Source: Octopus vulgaris
Lineage: Eukaryota
NCBI GenBank assembly: GCA_951406725.2
Contig: OX597831.1
Location: 31,124,001-31,188,000 of the forward strand
Length of the DNA stretch: 64,000 bases
Direction of reading: 5' to 3'
In this document: one piece after another, positions 52,250 through 64,000 of the stretch
How positions within the stretch are numbered: position 1 is the first letter of the stretch
How the letters are laid out: the number at the start of each line of letters is the position of its first letter
Position numbers and translations under genes: made by a program
Notes under the pieces: model-generated
Database searches by the model: none
The model's input: only the letters and a program-made list of their open reading frames with translations
Told to the model about the DNA's origin: nothing

Positions 52250-53048
52250 ACATTAGAAACAGAAAATGAGCAAGCCGAACATATGGTATCATGTTACAAC
52301 ATTTCATTTATGCTTTAAACATAGTGCAGAGTAGTTATAGTAATAAGTATTACAGTTTCTTACAGCTGTTTCTAGAATAGCGAAGCATGTGGATCAAATG
52401 TTATTGAGTAGAGATTTCCACGTAAGCAAACTATCCCGTCATCGCAGTGACAGAAATAAAAAAAAATATATTTTAATCAAAGATATTAGTAGTTACGAAT
52501 TCATCGAAAGGCTAAGGAGTTAACTAAAAAATACTAATGGTTGATTGCTCCATAGTGGAAGAATTAAGGAAATTCTATAGCAGTTATTGAATTTAGATTT
52601 CGTTTTTCCTTCATCAGCGGATGGCAGCGATTAGAAAATAATTTTCACATCATCTTGGCTTAACCGCCCTCACCGTTTGTTTTTACCACTTTGTTCTCAC
52701 TGTCCTGTTTTTGTTACCACTTTCACCATCCGCAAAAAATCCCAAATTTTATTTAATTTGAGTTGCGGGAAGAAGTGTTTTAACGAAGTCGCGTATTTTC
52801 CTTACCTTCGAAATGCGGAGTAGATAAAACAGGGGACAACTGAGGAAGGGAATATTCTTTATGTTGCATGTCTCGTTCCTCTGTTTGTTTTTTTCGTTGT
52901 TTGAAAAAAGTTCGTTTTCTATGTATTTGCTTTTTATGTTTTCGCTTCACATTATACCCATATATGTATGTATATATACATATATTTATATATTATATAT
53001 ATGCATGTATATATGCATATATGCATATATTTATATATTATATATATG

Positions 53049-53178
<130 letters not shown>

Positions 53179-53565
53179 CAATATAATACATTATAATATA
53201 AATTGAACATGGACGATCGTTGTATTCTTTCTTGTCTTGAGGTTGACAGCCAAACAGCTGAGTGCATTCGCGTGAAAAATGGCACATATGAGGAGACGGG
53301 TGCATAGATTGGAATGCAGTTTGCATTTTTTTCCTAGCCCCCATACTTACTGAGAAAATCGATTAAAACTTTTTCAAATGGAATTCCCCTGTTTGTGCCA
53401 CCATTAAAACAACCAGTTGCTCCCACACCCGGCATATACCATTTCACTAGTAACAAGGGGAGTACAGGATGACAGTCGGCCAAAACTTTCGCTATGCTGT
53501 CTCTCTTCTTTCACCTCTTTGTGGAGTGGGACTATCTTTTGAAGTCGTCGTGAAGCGGAGGAATT

Positions 53566-53609
<44 letters not shown>

Positions 53610-54302
53610 GGGCTGTGTGAGATAGAAAGTGTGGTGTGTATGTGAAGTTTTGTCAGTGTGTATGAAGAGACAGAGAGAGAAATGGTGCTGGTGTGTATGT
53701 GTGTGTGCATGATTGAGAGAGAGCTAACTGAATTTTTTTATTTACTTTTTGTAGTGAGTGAATGTATGAGTGATTGACAGAGAAAAAGAGAGAGAGAAGG
53801 TATGTTTTCTATTTTTGCTTCTTGTTTGCATGTATGTTTATGTAACGGTCATGAGCACGTACTTATGAAGCAAATTTCTAAATGACATATCCTTGTTTTT
53901 ATATAATTTGAAAGAAGTCAGCTTCAGTAGTGACTTGAAACCATGTTGCAGGTTCGTTTCGCTAAGAATTTACCTCTTTATTTTACAGAGCAGATCGTGA
54001 AATGTTTGTTTCCTGTAACTAGCTATAATTCCTCTATATATTGGAGCATGAGAAATAAGATATTGTGACCTTCGCTATATTTCTCTAACGTTTAATCATG
54101 CTTTCTGAGAGCAGACAGATTTAGCGCAGTTGAGGTACGAAACTAGAATATAATTTCCGCTTCCTTTGCGCTTCTCTGAACTACAAGAATCCACTTTGCT
54201 TGACCCGCTAGATATCGAAGTAAAATCACTTGCAGATCACAAATAAGCATTTTGCGAGAGGATAATATATCTCTATAAAAAGGCAGTCCTGTACAATGCC
54301 TA

Positions 54303-54495
54303 TAGGGCGGTAAGCTAGCAGAATTGTTGGCAGGTCGGACAAATTACTTAGCGGCACTTCTAGCTTTTTACGTTTTGAGATGAAATCTTGCTGAGGTTAA
54401 TTTTGCCTTTAATTTCTTCGGGATTGATAAAATAAGATGACAGTCAAGTAGTGGGGTAGACTTGTCCTATCTCTTCAAAATTACTGGCTTTAAAC
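54303..54495 (+). mobile_element. SINE family B, decayed
   Basis: ggcggtaagctagcagaa...ttttgcctttaatttcttcggggattgataaaataag. Confidence 0.6.
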
Positions 54496-54584
54496 CCTAC
54501 AACGGACTGGCGTATTGTTCAGGAGAGAAATACATTCTCTGGAAGGCAGGTGGGCAGCATTTTCAGTCCTACGGTTCAAGAAAC

Positions 54585-55108
<524 letters not shown>

Positions 55109-55657
55109 AACAAAATACCAAAAATAAGCAATAGCCCTAGCTACAACACCTTTGATTACTGATTCGGATGGTAAGGGATAACCTGTAGCTAAAGTACAAC
55201 AATAACAACAACAATCAGAATAAATTCAACGAGATGTCAGCAAAAGTAGCAAAGCGCCGAGCTATATTGTCTTACAGCAGTAATTAACTCCACATACATA
55301 CTTTCCTTCTCAACGTTGTCTTTTGCTTTTATCATTCCGCAATCAATAATTATATGTATAACTAATTACACTACAATCTATCTAATCGATTTGGCCTTGG
55401 GCCTTGTCAGAAGAAATCAAAACTTTTTCAGAAAACTGTTGCGTAAAAACCTAAATTAAGCAATGAGATTAAATATAATAATTAAATTACAATTATTATA
55501 AATACATATGTAATTAAGTATTTATTGAGATATCTATAAACGTCCTTTCTGTCTAATTTTGTACATCTTAATTATTTCAGATTTTGTTAATTTTTTTGTT
55601 CGTTTAATTAATGTATCATATTATTAGAACTATCATTATCAAAATAATTTCAAATCT

Positions 55658-55746
55658 CTCCTCCTCCTCCTCCTCCTCCTCCTCCATCTTCTTCTTCTTC
55701 TTCTTCTTCTTCTTCTTCTTCTTCTTCTTCTTCTTCTTCTTCTCCC

Positions 55747-55810
<64 letters not shown>

Positions 55811-55825
55811 GTTATTGTTATTATT
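55658..55825. repeat. (CCT)n-(CTT)n-(TTA)n compound array
   Basis: Direct reading. Confidence 0.95.
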
Positions 55826-55925
55826 TCCTTATTTATATATTTATGAAATTATTTTGCGTAATTAAGACATTTCTAACGTTTTAATATTATATTTAGTATT
55901 TTTTCTCCTTTCGTTTGTCTCTATA

Positions 55926-55966
<41 letters not shown>

Positions 55967-56087
55967 AAGTATGTGTATGTGTGTGCGTCTGTCTGTCTGT
56001 CTGTCTGTGTCTGCAGGAACGTATATATGCGTCAATATACGTACGTATGAATATACGTATGCGTGTATATACATATGTCTGAATGTA

Positions 56088-56235
56088 TATGAGAATAAGA
56101 GTACAAGTGTAGTACAATGCAAAGGTTGATAAATAAGCTACTAGCTTAACGTCGTAAAGGAAAGATAAAGAGTTTTTACGTTTCGCATGTTAATCCTTCA
56201 GCAGAAGATTGGAAGAGAAAATAAAATAGAAAAAC
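56088..56235 (-). mobile_element. Old relative of the 6731 PLE terminus with a relic hammerhead
   Basis: Minus strand CTGAAGGA-ttaacatgc-GAAACGTA-aaaa; tactagcttaacg resembles tattagtttaacg at about 6790. Confidence 0.4.
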
Positions 56236-56485
56236 AGACGATTTAGAAAAGGATGGGAATGCTGTTCTACGAACCAGGTGGAAATGTTTCTAGAAATGCA
56301 GGTGGAACCAGGTGGAGATGAGTTGAGAATAAAGAAATGAGTGTATAGATACAAATATAAGAGTGTCTTTGTTTGGTAGCGGGAATAACGGAGAAGTGAT
56401 GTGTGTGCATGTGTGTGTGTGTGTGTTATGCGTGCGCGTATGTGTGTTTGTGTGTGTATGTACGTACTTTGCAACACAACTATAT

Positions 56486-56826
56486 GGGAAGCACTCCGTC
56501 GGTTACGACGACGAGGGTTCCGGTTGATCTGCTCGTGAAATTAACGTGCAAGTGGCTGAGCACTCCACAGACACGTGTACCCTTAACGTAGTTCTCGGAT
56601 ATTCAGCTTGACACAGAGAGTGACAATGCCGGCCCTTTGAAATACAGGTACAACAGAAACAGGAAGTAAGAGTGAGAGAAAGTTGTGGTGAAAGAGTACA
56701 GCAGGGATCACCACCATCCCTGCCGGAGACTCGTGGAGCTTTAGGTGTTTTCGCTCAATAAACACTCACAACGCCCGGTCTGGGAATCGAAACCGCGATC
56801 CTAACCACTGGGCCATTGCGCCTCAC
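56486..56826 (-). mobile_element. Chimeric SINE: family D head + family C 3' half
   Basis: 56652-56826 matches 42365-42565; 56486-56651 matches the reverse complement of 22438-22622. Confidence 0.85.
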
Positions 56827-56907
56827 ACAACTATATACGTCATATTTTAGGAATAAATGAGCGCTGGTAACAAAGTTAAAATTATTATTATTATTATCCT
56901 CATAATC

Positions 56908-56999
<92 letters not shown>

Positions 57000-57000
<1 letters not shown>

Positions 57001-57458
57001 GAGTGATGGAGCAGCACATGCCATCAAAGTGATACTATGTAAAATATACGAAACCCAGTATATCCATCATGACTACCCGTGCGATAAGGGTTCACCAGGC
57101 ACATGCATCACAAACATATGTGCGTGGTATGGTGATCTCATATCAAAATAAAAGCGCATGACCTTGCAGGTGAGGCCCAGTTAGGATATTCTCCAGGTCG
57201 AGTAGCCCATCCAGCTCAAAAAATCTTTGAATAAGGGTTGTTTATGGATGTTGAACAAAACACCCAAGTTTCCAGAGGTGAATTACTCAAACCCCAAAGA
57301 ATTCTCCTCAATACATGCCTATGATGCTCCCCAACTACTTCTGCTCGGGATCAGAGAAGCAGATATTGTCAACCACCAAGAGACATGCTCAACCGGTTAT
57401 GGTCAAACAACTGACAAGTAAATCTGTGGTATTGAGCAGAATATTTGCTGTAGCCCAT
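57000..57458 (-). mobile_element. Element F inside a (TTA)n array
   Basis: (TTA)n on both sides; collinear with the other F copies. Confidence 0.88.
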
Positions 57459-57475
57459 ATATTATTATTATTATT

Positions 57476-57569
57476 CTATGTTTGACTTTTGCTTTATATT
57501 TGTACAAGTTGGCTCCAAGTCTCACCCAGAGACCTCAAGAGACAACAGGTTGGAAGTTCATGTTGTTGC

Positions 57570-57570
<1 letters not shown>
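57476..57570 (-). mobile_element. Short insert in (TTA)n, possible R4/Dong-type 3' terminus
   Basis: Minus strand ...gaggtctctgggtgagacttggag...aaagtcaaacatag-(aat)n. Long (TTA)n at 57571-57798. Confidence 0.4.
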
Positions 57571-57639
<69 letters not shown>

Positions 57640-57674
57640 CATTATTATTATTATCATTATTATTATTATTATTA

Positions 57675-57799
<125 letters not shown>

Positions 57800-58489
57800 T
57801 TACTGTGAAAAGATACCTTTCACAGCGCTCTACTCTTTTTCTTTTTTTTTTATCTAAGAATTTTTTTGTGTCAATTTGTCCGAATTGATTCAGTAACGTC
57901 AGCAATTTCTTGATTAATTTTACGTCCACTGGGTGAAATAGTTGGTAATACATGCCAATGAAACAAGCATTGGCACAGAAATCTCATAAAAAAAAAAAAA
58001 AAAAAAAAGGAAGCTAGACATAAACAGTGAAAATAAAAAGACAATCTTTTGCAACAAAAACATGAGATTTCTTCTTTTCTTACGTTTTGTTTTTTTAATA
58101 TGGATAAAAGCGTTTGCAACAAAAAAAATCTTTCCAACTTTGGCATCCAGTATATAATAATTCCTAGACATAAAACAAATTCCAATCAAAGAAATAAGTT
58201 CAGATACGTCATGAGGGAGACTGTTTCGTCATATTGCTAGAAGCAGGAAAGAGAAACCTGATTTACATTTTCCTCAGGCTCAGAGAGATATTTCATCTGA
58301 CCTTAAAAATGATTTCAAGAGGCTCATGCTGACGAATGGCGTAGTAGCTAGTCTACCAATATTGATTGCCGCTATCCTTTTTTAAATTTTTATTTTATTT
58401 CATTCATTTATTTATCTGGAAGGATATAGTACATACCAGTCACACACAGGACTCGATTCAATTGATTTGCCTCTCCCCTCAAAAGTTAT

Positions 58490-58662
58490 TAAGCGGTATT
58501 CCGTCTGTCGTTACGTTCTGAGTTCAAAATCCGCCGGGGACGACTTTGCCTTTCATCCATTCGGGGTCGATAAATAAAGTACCAGTTTCACACTGGGGTC
58601 GATGTAATTGTCTGTCCTTGTTTGTCCCCTCTATGTTTAGCCGCTTGTGGGCAATAAAGAAT
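58490..58662 (+). mobile_element. SINE family B, headless copy
   Basis: agcggtattccgtctg...gactttgcctttcatccattcggggtcgataaataaagtaccag. Confidence 0.85.
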
Positions 58663-58664
58663 TA

Positions 58665-58713
<49 letters not shown>

Positions 58714-58725
58714 GTTATTATTATT

Positions 58726-59243
58726 GAGTGAGAGAGCAGTGAATGCCATCAAAGTGACATTGGGTAAAATATACGAAGCCCAGTATACCCATCATGACTA
58801 CCCGTCTGATAAGGGTACACTAGGCACATGTATCACAAACCTATATGCGCGACATGGTGATCTCATATCAAGATAAACAGCACATGACCTTGTAGTCATG
58901 TGGGGCCCAGCTAGAATTTTCTTCTGGTCGAGTAACCCATCCCGCTAAAAAGGTTCCTGAATAAGGGTTGTTTAAGGATGTTGAACGAAACACCCAAGTT
59001 TCCAGAGGTGAATTATTCAAACCCCAAATAATTCCTCTCAATACATGATGCTTCCCAACTATTTCTGCTCGTGATCGGAGATGCATATATCGTCAGCCGC
59101 TAAGGGTCGTGCTCAACTAGTTAAGGTACAGCAACTGACAAGAAAATCTGCGATATTGAGCAGAGCATTTGCTGTAGTCCATCTTTTATACCAAGACAAA
59201 ACAACGTACATGATAACAGTTGAGCAGAACATTTGCTGTAGCC
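58726..59243 (-). mobile_element. Element F with a reiterated 5' end, inside a (TTA)n array
   Basis: tgagcaga(g/a)catttgctgtag occurs at 59157-59177 and 59221-59241. Confidence 0.88.
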
Positions 59244-59246
59244 TTA

Positions 59247-59284
<38 letters not shown>

Positions 59285-59510
59285 TAGGTGGCAATCTAGT
59301 AGAATTGTTTGCGTGCCGGACGAAATGTTTCATGCATTTCTCCGTTCTAAATCAAATTCCGCCGAGATTGACTTTTTCTTTCATTCTTTCGGAGTCAATA
59401 AAATATGTACTATAAATAAGATACGCAGTTAAGTATTGCAATCGATGTAATTGCCCAACCCCTCCTCCTCCTCCTCAAAATTTCAAGCCCGTGCCTATAC
59501 TAGGAAAGAG
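59285..59510 (+). mobile_element. SINE family B, old alternative-tail copy
   Basis: aaattccgccgagattgactttttctttcattctttcggagtc...aaatttcaagcccgtgcctatactaggaaag. Confidence 0.7.
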
Positions 59511-59860
59511 TATTATTTTTTTTCTCTTGTTGTTGATGTTGCTGTTGTTCTTGTGGTGGTCGTCGTTGTTTTGGTTATGGCATGTCACAACGTTTCCATT
59601 GAGCAAACTGTGCATGATATATTTCATTAAGAAATTTCTGATGTCCATGCCGTATTGTATGTCTCCTGACTTCTTTCTTCTCCGATTACATACAATCTGA
59701 ATGCACATCACAGCTTAATATCATAGCCGAAACAATAACAGAACACTTTTTATGAAAATTTCACAGTGCATTTCTCATGGCAGATAGAGTAAATAGATAT
59801 TTTCAAATTACTATGTATCCATAAAATATAACTATGCAAGACTGATAGCTATATAAACAT

Positions 59861-60290
59861 ATAGGCGCAGGAGTGGCTGTGTGGTAAGTAGCTTGTTTAC
59901 CAACCACATGGTTCCGGGTTCAGTCCCACGGCGTGGCACCTTGGGCAAGTGTCTTCTACTATAGCTTCGGGCCCGACCAAAGCCTTGTGAGTGGATTTGG
60001 TAGACGGAAACTGAAAGAAGCCCGTCGTATATATGCATATATATATGTATGTGTGTGTTTGTGTGTGTTTGTCTACCTGTGTTTGTCCCCCTAGCATTGT
60101 TTGACAACCGATGCTGGTGTGTTTATGTCCCCGTCACTTAGCGGCTCGGCAAAAAGAGACCGATAGAATAAGTACTGGGCTTCCAAAGAATAAGTCCCGG
60201 GGTCGATTTGCTCGACTAAAGGCAGTGCTCCAGCATGGCCGCAGTCAAATGGCTGAAGCAAGTAAAAAGAGTAAAAAAAGAGTAAAGAGA
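59861..60290 (+). mobile_element. SINE family A, young full-length copy
   Basis: Match to the family consensus. Confidence 0.95.
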
Positions 60291-60611
60291 GTGCCGACGT
60301 TATTCTGCACTTGTTACCAAATATTTTACTCACAAGATCTGGAAGACCCAAGTGTGTGGTAGAAAAAAATCAACTCAAAGCGTCACGCAGTGGAAACGAA
60401 CTTGAAGATGTATAATAGTTTTATATTAACATATAAAAGTTAACTACACAACCATACCTGCGATATCATAGTTGACATTTTATATTTTGTTGATACAAAA
60501 TTTAAGCAGGCATATATAATTAGGCAATAGTTAGTGACAGCGAACATACACACACACACACACACACACTCATACACACACACATATATATAACCTTGTT
60601 ATATATGTGTG

Positions 60612-60649
<38 letters not shown>

Positions 60650-60735
60650 CATATATACATATATATATACATATATACACACAAACATATATATAGAGAC
60701 ATATATATATATATACATACACATACATACATACA

Positions 60736-60767
<32 letters not shown>

Positions 60768-61481
60768 CACGCACACACACAAACACACGCATACACACAA
60801 ACATAAAAGCTAAAAGCTAAAGCTAAACAAATTTTCATGTAAAAGAAAAATAACTTGGAACATTTAAAGTTAGACGATCAAATAGATAATGTTCTTAGAT
60901 TAGGCTATCTTCCAGAACATTCCTAATGAAAAAGAAAATTAGTAAACAATATTTATTAAAGTAAAGAGTGACATAAACCAGGAAAGAAAATAATAAAAAA
61001 AAACGTTGTTTATGGCAGAAAAGATTAAATAGAATTTTTGAAAATAATCAATAAATTTAATAAAGTAAGTGAATTGTAGGAAATTATAAACAACATAAAT
61101 ATAACAGAGGGTAGGTCCATTTATGATTTGCTGGCATCTATACATAATTTTAATTATAGATATAACAAATTAGTAGTTATTGTGGTTGTTTAGTTCTAGG
61201 CCAGTTACTAATCTAGTACATGTATAATCAAAAGTGTTCCATTCGTGACAATCACAGTTTGTTTTTTTGTCTAATTTTTCGTTGTTCAGACATATTGTAT
61301 CACAGATTATATTACCCAATATTTTAATCACTCAGGCAAGAGAGAAAATAGTACTTGTGAAATTCTGCACGGCCTGTGGCAGAAAAGACGGTATGCCCAA
61401 ACCAGAAGCCTGGTTGCGTTGCTTACGACATTGGGGACTCCTCTAAAAGAATCTTAAGATCAGGTAATGACTTTAAACAAG

Positions 61482-61609
61482 ATAACACCTTAATAATTTT
61501 TAAAAATTAAAACTTAATTTTTAGAAAGGCAAAATCTAAAGAAAATTTTCTTTAGATTTTACCTTTCTAAAGGTTAAGTTTTGATTTTTTAAAATTGTTA
61601 GGGTGTTAT
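61482..61609. repeat. 128-bp spacerless imperfect AT-rich palindrome
   Basis: Centre aaaatctaaagaaaa|ttttctttagatttt at 61545/61546; ends ataacacc / gggtgttat. Confidence 0.85.
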
Positions 61610-61807
61610 TCGGGAGAGATTTGGCTACTACTTCTAGCAGGTCATGTTTTCTCCATTGCCATTTTACGGGTGATAGGCTTGATTTGTCACTAAGTTTAAC
61701 ATCATCACATGGTTCTTGAGTGTCTTTAGCAAAGTCTATTCTGCTGCAAATATTCAGAACAGGTCTTTAGTCTGACTATAACAAACCCTCTTCCACTGAT
61801 AGTTTCT

Positions 61808-62240
61808 ACCTAGACTTAGGTGCCCCGCATCCGGCGACGCACGAGGCAGTCCAAGTATTCTTGCAGAATCGGTTAGCAGCTATTCCCAGCACATCATTCC
61901 ATCGTAGGTTTATTAGTTTAAGGTCCATATCGATCATCTTGTGCCCGCTTATCTAGGGACATCCTTTCTGCCGGCGATTCTTAGGATTCTACTTAAGGAC
62001 CCTGTTTGATGAGTCTATTCATATTGAGTCTCACGACATGTCCCAGCCAAATCAGTCGGCGCTTCAAATGGTCGTGAACATTAGACGTTGGTCTGCTCGT
62101 CTACTTACCTCGTTGCAGATAAAATCGTTCCATATGATGCTAAGTATTTTCCGGAGACATTGGCTGTCAATAGCGTCCGGTTTCTTTTATTGGCTGGTTT
62201 TCAGTCTCGTAGTACTTATAATAAGTCAAAGATGCTTCCC
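61808..62240 (-). mobile_element. Decayed RTE-clade LINE 3' end
   Basis: DAIDSQCLRKILSIIWNDFICNEV; KRRLIWLGHVVRL; RLIKQ..NPKNRRQKGCP; tail ...cctaagtctagg. Confidence 0.75.
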
Positions 62241-62299
62241 CTTTTCTTCTGACTAATCCATAAAAACAAACAAAAAGCAAGAAATGTACAAAATTTTGG

Positions 62300-62457
62300 T
62301 ATGCTTCAGGTAAATAAGTTACATACAGATGTTACAGAAATGTGATGTAACAGAGCAAATCTGAGGCCAGTTTTGGAATCGGCACACTAAAAAATTAGTC
62401 TAAAACAGCTCTAAGATTTTATGCCACAAACTAAAAGTTTTATTTTGTAGACCAGTG
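62300..62457 (+). mobile_element. Possible DNA-transposon right end (Chapaev3-like)
   Basis: ttttggaatcggcacac..aaattagtctaaaacagct...ttttgtagaccagtg-tta. Recalled resemblance only; no left end found. Confidence 0.3.
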
Positions 62458-62777
62458 TTATCTTTGTCACTATTATGTTTTATTTATAATTTGTAGCTAG
62501 ACGTAAGTTCTGTAAAGTTAAGATAGGTTAAACTCCGGTTTTTTTGCCCAGTGTTTTTGTACCGTTGTTGGTTTTTCACCTTGACTTATCCTCGTCAAAT
62601 CCTACAGGATGCAGTTATCTGCCATTTTTCACTTTTATTACATCTTGCAATTTTGTTTTGATCGTGGTTTTTGTTTTCTTTCACCTCTTCTTAAGTTTTG
62701 TCCTTATCTGAATCTTCTTCGGCGTAGTTAACTTTTAGATTAGCTTCTAGTTTGTATACAACCTCTTTCTTATATGT

Positions 62778-62833
62778 TTCTTTTACTTGTTTCAGTCATT
62801 GGACTGTGGGGCCATACCGGGGCACCGCCTTGA
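62778..62833 (-). mobile_element. SINE family A tail fragment
   Basis: ttttacttgtttcagtcattggactgtgg...ggcaccgcctt. Confidence 0.75.
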
Positions 62834-63111
62834 AAACAAAAGTTCTACCCTGGGTGAGGCACGGACTAACAACCTTCCCATACTCCAACTTGTGAATGAC
62901 ACACTACGAGTACTATCTATAAGTAGAGCATTTTAATCATTTTTCTCCTTGTTTTCTTATTTAAGACAATCGCTTTCTTTGGTTGCTACTAAGCATTTCT
63001 AGTCGTACCGCTGTTACTTTGTAGTAGTTCTCTATATGTATTTTTCTATCATCCGCACTCTCTATGTGTGTGGGATGGGTATGTTATATCAACATTAGTT
63101 GTATAAATAGT

Positions 63112-63542
63112 CTTAGGAGTCGCTGTGGTAAGAAGTTCGCTTCCCCACCACATGGTTCCAGGTTCAATCCCGCCGCTTGGCACCTTAAGCAAAGTGTCTT
63201 TCATTATCGCCACGGGCCGACGAAAGCTTTGTGAGTGGATTTGGTAGAGGAAAAGTGAAAGAAGCCTGTCGTATAAATATTTAACTGTGTCTTTGTGTCT
63301 GTGTTTGTTCCGCACTACCGCTTGACAACCGTTGTTGGTGTGTTTACGACACCCGACACCCCCCCACCCCCACCACCACCACCATCACCGTAACTTACCG
63401 GCTCGGTAATAGAGACTGATAGAATGAATATCAGGCTTTAAAAACTAAAAGTACTGAGGTCGATTCATTCGACCAAAATTCCTCAAGGTGGTGCCCCAGC
63501 AAGGCCGCAGTCTAATGACTAAAGCAAATGAATGATAAAGAT
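63112..63542 (+). mobile_element. SINE family A, diverged copy lacking an expanded microsatellite
   Basis: Match to the family consensus; (CAC)n insertion at about 63355-63390. Confidence 0.85.
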
Positions 63543-64000
63543 GGAATATTTGCCCTGAGGCGGAAACTTCCAAACGTTGTTAGTAGGTGCCTTCTTTTAA
63601 TTAATTTTCTTTCTTTCTCTCAAAACTCTTCTGTTCATTTCTCATCCAATTATTATGTTCAAGTTTTATTTCATAAATTGGATAACTAGTATATTTATAC
63701 TTTTTATCTTTTTTCCTATCGTTTCTGTTATCTTCCCCCGAAATTGCTGGCCTTGTGCCAAAATTTGAAACCATTATTACCTTGAGGCTTCAGTAGTATT
63801 TTCTTTTAATTTTTACTTTCATTTGTGTATTGTATCTTATAAACTGCATCAGCTCCTAAGTATTTCTTTGGCTCGTTCCGCTCTAATTCCCAGATTTCTC
63901 TGTCTGTGTTTCGCTTAATGTCGGCAATTAAAGTTAATTTGCCTCTTAATATAGTACTTCTAGCACATTTATTGCATCAAATACTCATGTTTATGTCTTG

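Noticed and set aside
52590-52960. CTGATGA..GAAA on the minus strand (about 52595-52617) and CTGAGGA at about 52840
   Set aside because: Stems I and II do not pair. At best a relic PLE end; not callable as a ribozyme.

Overview
AT-rich, microsatellite-saturated eukaryotic non-coding DNA. The tRNA-derived SINE set and the (TA)n/(CA)n/(TACA)n/(GATA)n density point to an octopus/coleoid genome (inference). No intact host gene was recognised; almost all long ORFs in the track are translated microsatellites. The window is a nested transposon graveyard. It holds about 18 copies or pieces of a CORE-type SINE with an internal microsatellite, about 10 of a Meta/MESC-type SINE, and other tRNA-SINEs. 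It also holds decayed CR1-group, R4/Dong, RTE and possibly HERO LINEs, Tc1, mariner, hAT-MITE and Helitron-like pieces, and at least four Penelope-like element (PLE) ORF remnants. The most notable signal is a recurrent class of short non-coding inserts, mostly in (TA)n tracts, that carry minimal type-I hammerhead ribozyme motifs with palindromic stem III and variant cores. They occur as a 589-bp head-to-tail repeat (15358-16281, retrozyme-like), as back-to-back inverted ribozymes (31071-31187), or as fold-back palindromes whose turning or truncation points fall in or next to the ribozyme. All structures were read by eye. TE boundaries are approximate (about 10-30 bp) unless stated.
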